Positions 56,056-63,219 of a stretch of 63,300 nucleotides of DNA are shown in pieces; positions within the stretch are counted from its first letter, which is position 1, and every line of letters starts with the position of its first letter. The notes under the pieces are model-generated. The model was not told where the DNA came from, ran no database searches, and saw only the letters and a program-made list of their open reading frames with translations. The position numbers and the translations under genes were made by a program. The stretch is from an uncultured Candidatus Saccharibacteria bacterium (GTDB lineage Bacteria > Patescibacteriota > Saccharimonadia > Saccharimonadales > Saccharimonadaceae), in the NCBI GenBank assembly GCA_964292495.1, contig CAXYVX010000001.1, forward strand, positions 1-63,300. The letters are read 5' to 3'.

Positions 56056-57660
56056 TTAGTAATGGACCCAAACAGGCGTGCCGATTTGCGAGAAATCGTA
56101 AATAAATTTCGCGTCGCCTTTCCACATGTTGAGGCAGCCGTGAGAAAGCCCGGTTCTGAGCTGATCTGGCGTTAACCACCAAGCTTCGTGAAATGCATAT
56201 CCGCCTGGACCCCAGTAAGTTACATAGTGGATTGAGCAAAGGCTGGCTTGTGTTCCGCCCGGATTTGGCATGCAGACGCCGCCATAAGGGTTTGAATTCA
56301 CTGCGTTTGAGCGGTCTCGCGACATTCCCGCGGCGAGGTTCGCTTCGTAGCTTGCGTTTGGCCCGGCTGAGCCAGATGAATCGTTCCCGCCCACCTTTCC
56401 GAAAACCTTAAATAATCCAGTGATAGTTGCGCGCTCTGGGTCGATTTGCGCGGCACCTTTTGCGAAATTGTTGAATTGGGCTACCGGAGTCGCGCCGTTG
56501 TATGCGGTGACTGTCCAGGTTGAGAGGTTCGCTTCAATCCAATGCTGGTCGGAAAGTGTTTGAACCTTGTCGCTTTGCGCGGCGGACTGAGTTGTATTTA
56601 GGGCAAGATTTACTGGCTGACCGTCTTGAAGCGCGGAGATTATTTGAAGGGAAATGTCATCTGTGTTGTTAATGGCTTGGCCGTTTTGCCCCTTTGAGAC
56701 CGTGGCGTAAACTGTGTTTCCATCGGGCGAAGTTATCATTTTTCCGTTTATCGGCTTGTTTGGAATTGTCGCTTGGACTTTTGTGGAGATAAATTCTTTA
56801 ACTTTATTTCTGTCAAAAGTTATGCTGAGACGACCGTTTTCAGGAGTAAATACAGCCCAATTCGCGATGTCAACTGGATCTGGAAAATATACGGTTTGGC
56901 CATTTATTTGAAGGTTTATTCTTTGGTGAAGTCGCGAATTTATGGAATCTGCCGCTGCGGTTGCCGCTTCATCTGAGACAGCTGGTTTGCTGGATGTGAT
57001 TGCAACTTCTGAAACGGCGGATCGAGGATTTTTAACAAGACTTTCAATAATTAATTTCATTTTGCTCATATCAATCACTTTTCCTTCGGCACTAGCTTGG
57101 GTGACGAATTTTTGCGCTTTTTGATCGTAAATGACGCCGGCATTTTGAGCAGGGCTGGTGATCAGATCAGGGAAATTCTGGTTTAAAAACTTTTGCGTTT
57201 GCTCCCAATCAAAACTCGCGGAAAGCTCAATATTATGCTCCCCAAACAGATTCACGCGGTTCAGCCAGTTGTCGCTCGTGGAAACAGCTTGCTTTATGGT
57301 CTTGTCCATGTCAATTGTTATTCCCAGATCGCTAGCCTGCGCGGTCACTGTGTTTCCGCGAGAAGATAGCGTGAGCTGAATTTTGCTTTGGATTTGATTG
57401 ATTTGGTCCTTGATTGAAAGGGAGTTATTGCCGCTGACGTTATTTCCAGCGATTTTTGTGCCTGGTGCCGCTACAGCGTTGTATTTCGCGATTAAAAACG
57501 CTGCGCCACCCGCAATAACCAAGAAACAGAAAGAAATAAGGATCACAACAGCATGTTTTTTCGCCCATCCACCCGTGTGCTTTACTAGCTTTTTTGCGTG
57601 TCCAAAGTGAACCACTTCTCCGCCTGCTGAATCCTTAATTTGTTTCTTATTTTTCATCAT
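56056..57660 (-). CDS. membrane-anchored L,D-transpeptidase (YkuD domain)
   Basis: N-terminal TM. C-terminal FHEAWW....LRTGLSHGCLNM (the SHGC catalytic motif). Confidence 0.8.
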   Translation of the reverse strand: MMKNKKQIKDSAGGEVVHFGHAKKLVKHTGGWAKKHAVVILISFCFLVIAGGAAFLIAKYNAVAAPGTKIAGNNVSGNNSLSIKDQINQIQSKIQLTLSSRGNTVTAQASDLGITIDMDKTIKQAVSTSDNWLNRVNLFGEHNIELSASFDWEQTQKFLNQNFPDLITSPAQNAGVIYDQKAQKFVTQASAEGKVIDMSKMKLIIESLVKNPRSAVSEVAITSSKPAVSDEAATAAADSINSRLHQRINLQINGQTVYFPDPVDIANWAVFTPENGRLSITFDRNKVKEFISTKVQATIPNKPINGKMITSPDGNTVYATVSKGQNGQAINNTDDISLQIISALQDGQPVNLALNTTQSAAQSDKVQTLSDQHWIEANLSTWTVTAYNGATPVAQFNNFAKGAAQIDPERATITGLFKVFGKVGGNDSSGSAGPNASYEANLAAGMSRDRSNAVNSNPYGGVCMPNPGGTQASLCSIHYVTYWGPGGYAFHEAWWLTPDQLRTGLSHGCLNMWKGDAKFIYDFSQIGTPVWVHY

Positions 57661-57731
57661 GCTATGACGATTTTATCATAAGTCTAATGAAAACTTTGTT
57701 TTTTTCGCGGAATCTGATAAACTTTACGTAT

Positions 57732-57807
57732 CGGGGTGTAGCGCAGTTGGTAGCGCACGCGGTTTGGGACCGTGAGGTCGTCCGTTCGAGCCGGATCACC
57801 CCGACCA
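57732..57807 (+). tRNA. tRNA-Pro (UGG); CCA encoded
   Basis: Acceptor CGGGGTG/CACCCCG, anticodon loop TTTGGGA, and T arm GTCCG-TTCGAGC-CGGAT. Confidence 0.9.
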
Positions 57808-57915
57808 AGTTTTTCGCGAAAGCGCGTATTTTTACGTTTTAACAGTGTGCTTGCGTCGCAAAAGAAATGATGATAAACTGTTGACGGTTTGTCTGAGACA
57901 CGCCAAGGAACACTT

Positions 57916-57991
57916 GGGGACGTAGCTCATCTGGTAGAGCGCGGCATTCGCATTGCCGAGGTGGTCGGTTCAAGTCCGATCGTCTCCACCA
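57916..57991 (+). tRNA. tRNA-Ala (CGC); CCA encoded
   Basis: Acceptor GGGGACG/CGTCTCC with the G3:U70 identity pair. Anticodon stem CGGCA/TGCCG with loop TTCGCAT. Confidence 0.88.
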
Positions 57992-57995
57992 ATAT

Positions 57996-58070
57996 TCCGG
58001 AGTAGCGCAGCGGTAGCGCAGTTGGCTGTTAACCAATTGGTCGCCGGTTCGAATCCGGCCTCCGGAGCCA
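57996..58070 (+). tRNA. tRNA-Asn (GUU); CCA encoded
   Basis: Acceptor TCCGGAG/CTCCGGA, anticodon stem GTTGG/CCAAT with loop CTGTTAA, and T arm GCCGG-TTCGAAT-CCGGC. Confidence 0.9.
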
Positions 58071-58071
58071 G

Positions 58072-58109
58072 AGCAAGCAGAGAAAAGCGCAGACTAAGGT
58101 CCTAGACCT
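58072..58109 (+). repeat. imperfect direct repeat, copy 1
   Basis: AGCAAGCAGAGAAAAGCGCAGACTAAGGTCCTAGACCT, compare copy 2. Confidence 0.5.
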
Positions 58110-58250
58110 AGCTGTAACTTCTCTCCTCACTCAGCCAAGAAACAATGTGCTGATAATAAAGTACAAAATGTTGGAACCGTCCGAAAGGGCGGTTCTTTCA
58201 TGTACACCTCTGTAATTTAGTTCGAACCCAGCCCTTCGTGCCCTGAGGGA

Positions 58251-58286
58251 TCAAGCAGGCAAAAGGCAGACCCGTTCCCTAGACCT
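58251..58286 (+). repeat. imperfect direct repeat, copy 2
   Basis: TCAAGCAGGCAAAAGGCAGACCCGTTCCCTAGACCT. Shares the CAAGCAG..AAAAG.GCAGAC..CCTAGACCT blocks with copy 1. Confidence 0.5.
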
Positions 58287-58391
58287 GTTTTTTGTATTAT
58301 CACACGCTAGCTAGTGCAGGAGGGGGGGTAAGTAGTACACTGTAGTAAGAACATCATCGTTTAAAAATAGCTATATTGGGAAAAATTCAGA

Positions 58392-59570
58392 GTGATCCAA
58401 AATAATATTTCATCAGCGATAAGTCAGCTTCCAAATACAAAAAACCTTTACGTACTTGTAGGCTTTAATCGTTGGCTTGATATAATTTCTAACGATTTAG
58501 ACGAAACCTCACAGTTTCTTGACTTGCCCTCTGCTGATGGAGATATAACTATTGACTTGACTGCGCTGAATAGCGCCTTCCAGTCTGGTAAGCCAATATA
58601 TTTTTCAGCTGAGGCTTTTCTCTGGCTGTCGAATAACTCTTTAGCTGGCATCCCAAAGATGTACAGCTACGAAGTGGTTTGTGTATAGAACGATATCTTT
58701 AGTTCGTATTACCCCGATTCATTGACTAAGTCTGAATCTCTTGCCAAGCAGGCTCTTTATCAATCAGATACAGACAATCATATCCAAACTTATTACAGTG
58801 ACTACCAGATACGCGGAGACAACGGTTATATCATTTATAATCTTTCCACGTCTGAATTCACTCAGACTTTAACAGTTAGCTCCTTTTTAGAGTCGCCTGT
58901 GAACCCCAGCTTGTCAGGTAGCTCTATCGAAATACCAGAGGAGTTTGATAATGTTACATACTCCGAGATCGTACTATCTATCGATCATAAGTGACGGTAT
59001 CTCTCGTGCCATCATAGCGAGTGAGGTTCGAGAACAACATAAACTGGTTGAGCTTGCCAATGTCTTAAAATCGCTAGGTATTGGCATTGAATACAAAGAG
59101 TATCGCACCGAGCCTGAGGAGATAGATCAAGACAGGGCCAATGCTTATAGAAGTATTCTTCATCGAAAAAATCCAAACTACGACTTCTACGATATACCCG
59201 TATATACCGATCCATACGAAGATACATCTCTATCCTACGTAAACCAAATCCAAATTATTGATGATATAGTTAAAAACAGCACAAACTCTGTTGAAGAAAA
59301 AGTATTTCGTGATGTTTTCGTTACAGCTCCGACGGGCGCTGGAAAATCTGTCATGTTTCAGATTCCGGCCATTTACCTAGCAGAAAAAGAGAACCTGCTA
59401 ACGATAGTTGTCAGTCCGCTGATCGGTCTCATGAATGATCAAATTGAAAATATTCAAAGCATGACAAACGTGGCCGCTACAATCAACTCTGATTACAAAC
59501 CGCTTGAAAAAGAGAGCACACTTGAACGCGTAAAAAATGGGGAAGTTTCCATCTTATACCTTTCGCCAGA
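58392..59570 (+). pseudogene. decayed RecQ-like superfamily-2 helicase with a long N-terminal region (in-frame TAG, one frameshift, 3' deletion)
   Basis: Track ORFs 58392-58688 and 58722-58994 share a frame, split only by TAG 58686-88. ORF 58945- is frame-shifted. It carries motif I APTGAGKS and RecQ-like TIVVSPLIGLMNDQ..ILYLSPD, but no DExH box follows. Confidence 0.6.
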
Positions 59571-60003
59571 TTTTTCGAGTGTTCAGACTTATATTCAGAG
59601 CGGAAACGTTATCTTGGAGACAGATTTATCTTTAGGGGAGACAGAACAATTAATCCATAAAATAATCTTGGATAATTTTGGAGGCGATTTGGTTATTATT
59701 GCCAAAAATCATGAACAATTACAAAGAAGTTTCAAAAATTACCCCATCAAAAATATACCAACAGAGCGCCAATATTATACATTTTTAAAAGAATCACCAA
59801 CAAAAGACGGCATAAAAAAATTGGCCGAACGTGACTTTGGAAATGACAAGTATCAAATTATAGGCGACATGGTTTATGTCGCATTTGCTACTAAAGCATC
59901 GGACTCAAGGCTCACCAATAATGTTATTGAGCAGAAGTTAGGCGTAAGCGCCACGACAAGAAATTACAATACCGTGAAAAAGTTAGTCGAATTAATTATC
60001 TAG
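59571..60003 (+). pseudogene. 5'-truncated DUF1697 remnant fused in frame to the helicase fragment
   Basis: VQTYIQSGNVI... and the C-terminal ..LGVSATTRNYNTVKKLVEL match the DUF1697 pattern as I recall it. The N-terminal LLRGINVGG part is absent. Confidence 0.5.
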
Positions 60004-60186
60004 AGTCTTTCTTAATTATGGTGTGCGGCAGGCATGTTACGTATATTATTTTTATCGGCATTTTAATGATTACTAAATCCGCATAAATTCTGTGGCCCGT
60101 CAGTTGAGCCAAGAGCGCATATTTTATAGTGTACCCAGTGAGTATTCACGCTACTGGGTATTTTGATAACAACTAAATCATCTGTA

Positions 60187-60224
60187 TTAGCACTATTGCA
60201 TCGAGAGTGCTAATTTACTATACT
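60187..60224 (+). promoter_or_regulatory. CIRCE operator 4 + clpB promoter
   Basis: TTAGCACTA-N9-GAGTGCTAA (60187-60213). -35 TTGCAT lies in the spacer, followed by 17 nt and TATACT (60219-24). Confidence 0.85.
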
Positions 60225-60248
60225 AGTAGTTATAGGAGGTATAGATAT

Positions 60249-62390
60249 ATGCAGTCACAAGAAAATACGAAAAAACCACTCGAGCAATTCGGACAAGATT
60301 TCACTGCGCTTGCGCGTGAAGGTAAATTAGACCCAGTTATTGGCCGCGACGAAGAAATTCGTCGCTGTATGCAGGTGTTATCTCGCCGAAGTAAAAATAA
60401 CCCGGTGCTGATCGGTGAGCCAGGTGTCGGTAAGACGGCTATTGTTGAGGGTTTAGCGCAGCGTATCGTCAAAGGCGACGTGCCGCAAAGCCTGAAAAAC
60501 AAACGCGTCGTGGGTCTTGAAATCAGTAGTCTGCTCGCTGGTGCCGGATATCGTGGACAGTTTGAAGAGCGCCTACAGTCGGTTCTGAAAGAAATTGAAG
60601 AAGCTGCTGGAGAAATTATTTTATTCATTGACGAGATACACACGCTTGTTGGGGCTGGCAAGGCTGAAGGTGCGGTCGACGCTGCCAATATGCTCAAACC
60701 TATGATGGCGCGCGGTAAACTGCATTTAATCGGCGCCACGACACTCGACGAATATCGCCAGTACATCGAAAAAGACGCCGCGCTCGAGCGCCGGCTGCAG
60801 CCTGTCTATGTGGGTGAGCCGGACTTTGACAATACTGTGGCGATACTCCGTGGGCTGCAAGAAAAATATGAGGTTCACCACGGTGTAAAAATCCTGGACG
60901 AAGCAATTATTGCGGCTGCACGGCTTAGTGACCGCTACATAACCGAGCGTTTTTTGCCTGACAAAGCTGTCGATCTTATCGACGAGGCGACTTCGGCGCT
61001 CAAGATGCAGCTTGATTCAAAGCCAATCGAACTTGATCGGTTAAATCGCAAAATCATGCAGCTGCAGATTGAGCAGACAGCGCTCAAAAAGGATAAAAGC
61101 GAGAGTGTTAAAGCTCGAAAAGCCGAAATCGAGCAAGAAATCAAAACTATTCAGACTAAAGCTGACGAGCTAGATGCGAAATGGCAAAAAGAAAAGAATT
61201 TGATAGACAAGCTCAATGCCGAAAGTGAAAAACTCGAAGCAGCCAGAACCAAACTCGAGATGGCCGAAAACGAGAGCGACCTTTCTACCGCCAGTCGTCT
61301 TAAATACGGTGAGATTCCTGAAATCGAGAAAAATCTCACCGAGCTCAGGCGCCAAATTAACATAATACCGGCCGATCAGCGCCTGCTCCGCGATGAAGTG
61401 ACGGCAGATGATATTGCCGCTGTGGTGTCGAGATGGACGGGTATTCCGGTTGATCGGCTCAAAGAAAGCGAAACCCAAAAGCTCGCCCATCTCGAAGATG
61501 ACTTGCATAAGCGTGTGATTGGCCAAAATCGCGCCGTTGAAGCGGTCGCAAATGCTATTCGCCGTTCGCGGGCTGGTATTGGCGATTATCGCCGACCGAT
61601 TGGCTCGTTTCTCTTTCTTGGCCCGACCGGAGTCGGTAAAACCGAATTAGCCAAAAGTCTTGCCGTTGCGCTATTCGACGACGAGCGAGCTATCACGCGT
61701 ATCGATATGAGCGAATACATGGAACGACACGCCGTGTCGCGCCTGATAGGTTCGCCGCCAGGATACATCGGCTACGACCAAGGTGGCCAGCTGACCGAAG
61801 CAGTGCGTCGTCGCCCGTACAGTATTGTGTTGCTTGATGAGATTGAAAAAGCTCACCAGGATGTATTTAATATATTGTTACAGGTACTTGATGACGGCCG
61901 CTTGACGGATGGTCAAGGCCGAACGGTTGATTTCTCAAATACGATCATTATCATGACTAGTAATATCGGTTCGCAGTACATTCAGGAATGGGACGGTAAA
62001 AATTTCAGCAGTCTGGAGAGTCGTCTACAGCAGGAGTTAAGTCACAATTTCCGCCCTGAATTTATAAACCGTATCGATGATATAGTCATATTTGATCGCA
62101 TCGACAAAAACGACATACAGCATATTATTGAGATGCAACTCACGGCATTTCTGGAAGAAGTCGAGAAGTCAAAAGACATTAAGCTCGAGTTTACGCAGAG
62201 CGCCAAAAAAGCGCTTGCCGAAGAAGGCTATGATCCGGCATTTGGCGCGCGGCCGCTAAAACGAGTCATTCAAAAGCGTATCCTCAATGAACTTGCCAAA
62301 AGAATCATCGACGGATCAATTAAGTCGGAATCGGAGGTAACGGTCGATTACAAGAACAATGCGTTTCACTTTGACACAAAACATCGGTAA
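60249..62390 (+). CDS. clpB: disaggregase ClpB lacking the N-terminal domain
   Basis: AGGAGG RBS + ATG at 60249 (the track start 60207 is upstream of the RBS). [15 protein letters not shown], two AAA+ modules ([16 protein letters not shown]), and a coiled-coil M-domain. Begins where E. coli ClpB residue ~150 aligns. Confidence 0.95.
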   Translation: MQSQENTKKPLEQFGQDFTALAREGKLDPVIGRDEEIRRCMQVLSRRSKNNPVLIGEPGVGKTAIVEGLAQRIVKGDVPQSLKNKRVVGLEISSLLAGAGYRGQFEERLQSVLKEIEEAAGEIILFIDEIHTLVGAGKAEGAVDAANMLKPMMARGKLHLIGATTLDEYRQYIEKDAALERRLQPVYVGEPDFDNTVAILRGLQEKYEVHHGVKILDEAIIAAARLSDRYITERFLPDKAVDLIDEATSALKMQLDSKPIELDRLNRKIMQLQIEQTALKKDKSESVKARKAEIEQEIKTIQTKADELDAKWQKEKNLIDKLNAESEKLEAARTKLEMAENESDLSTASRLKYGEIPEIEKNLTELRRQINIIPADQRLLRDEVTADDIAAVVSRWTGIPVDRLKESETQKLAHLEDDLHKRVIGQNRAVEAVANAIRRSRAGIGDYRRPIGSFLFLGPTGVGKTELAKSLAVALFDDERAITRIDMSEYMERHAVSRLIGSPPGYIGYDQGGQLTEAVRRRPYSIVLLDEIEKAHQDVFNILLQVLDDGRLTDGQGRTVDFSNTIIIMTSNIGSQYIQEWDGKNFSSLESRLQQELSHNFRPEFINRIDDIVIFDRIDKNDIQHIIEMQLTAFLEEVEKSKDIKLEFTQSAKKALAEEGYDPAFGARPLKRVIQKRILNELAKRIIDGSIKSESEVTVDYKNNAFHFDTKHR

Positions 62391-62426
62391 ACCAATGTGC
62401 TTTTAGGTTTAGCAGCTATTTGTAAA

Positions 62427-62467
62427 TTAGCACTCTTGACACGAGAGTGCTAATTTTATACTATACT
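62427..62467 (+). promoter_or_regulatory. CIRCE operator 5 + hsp20 promoter
   Basis: TTAGCACTC-N9-GAGTGCTAA (62427-62453) with -35 TTGACA in the spacer. TATACT copies at 62457 and 62462. Confidence 0.85.
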
Positions 62468-62526
62468 AATAGAAGCTTTTATGCTTCTCCAGGAAACCAT
62501 TAATGCAATAATGAAAGGAGAATAGT

Positions 62527-62952
62527 ATGAGCAACCTTGTAAAGTGGGATCCGTTTGCAGAACTTTCTGCATTACAAAAACAATTTTTTGGTGATGACTG
62601 GATGTCGCCCCTAAAAGGCGTTAACATTCCGACGACTGACGTCTTTACTAAAGATAATAACCTTGTGGTTGAGGCGCATCTGCCTAACTTTGAGCGGAAA
62701 GATGTCAATATCGAAGTGGAGAACGGTACACTCGTGATTAGTGCCGAACGTCACGAAAAAGAAGAAGATAAAGGCAAGCAATACGTTGTGCGTGAAAGCT
62801 CAAGTAGCTTCTACCGTCGCATAGCTCTGCCAAAACGTGCTGATGCCGACAAGGTCGAGGCACACCTGGATGATGGAGTATTGAAAGTCAGTATTCCACT
62901 AACACCACTACCTGAACCAAAGAAAATTGCTATCTCATCGAAGAAGAAATAG
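62527..62952 (+). CDS. small heat-shock protein (Hsp20/alpha-crystallin family)
   Basis: WDPF...., alpha-crystallin core ..VEAHLPNFERKDVNIEVENGTLVISAER.......F.R...LP...D...V.A.L.DGVL.V..P. AAAGGAGAA RBS. Confidence 0.92.
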   Translation: MSNLVKWDPFAELSALQKQFFGDDWMSPLKGVNIPTTDVFTKDNNLVVEAHLPNFERKDVNIEVENGTLVISAERHEKEEDKGKQYVVRESSSSFYRRIALPKRADADKVEAHLDDGVLKVSIPLTPLPEPKKIAISSKKK

Positions 62953-62972
62953 CAGTCGCGCGTTCTAATCTA

Positions 62973-62998
62973 AAAGGATGCCTTAAGGCCTCCTTTTA
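62973..62998 (+). terminator. terminator of hsp20
   Basis: Stem AAAAGGA(T)GCC/GGC(C)TCCTTTT with loop TTAA. Confidence 0.6.
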
Positions 62999-63176
62999 GT
63001 TATAAAACCCGATTCAAGATCTGGAATTTGTTAGTTAAACTCCTTTAAAATAAGACACGCCCTAAAACATGCGTTCTGTGTCTTATTTGTCCCATCTCGT
63101 GTCCCCACCCCGTGATTGTTCCGTGACCTGTATGGTGAGCCAAAAACGCCTGATTTATCGGGCGCTTTTTTGATGT

Positions 63177-63202
63177 AAAAAACTCCGCATAAGAGCGGAG
63201 GT
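63177..63202 (-). terminator. terminator of the minus-strand yebC-like gene
   Basis: The minus strand reads CTCCGC-TCTTAT-GCGGAG followed by TTTTTT. Confidence 0.65.
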
Positions 63203-63219
63203 TTTCATTTAAACACTTT

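Noticed and set aside
231-57825. TTCGCGAA copies as termini of a MITE/IS family or as degenerate CRISPR repeats
   Set aside because: I see no conserved sequence beyond about 12 nt around the copies, no paired inverted ends at fixed spacing, and no target-site duplications. Most copies are embedded in intact conserved ORFs.
57839-58036. A 65-aa minus-strand ORF
   Set aside because: It overlaps tRNA-Ala and tRNA-Asn, which fold convincingly, so it is spurious.
58686-58688. An in-frame TAG between two same-frame ORFs, as possible pyrrolysine or readthrough recoding
   Set aside because: The same gene also has a frameshift about 260 nt downstream and a 3' deletion and fusion. No pyl genes are visible. 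Simple pseudogenisation is the economical explanation.
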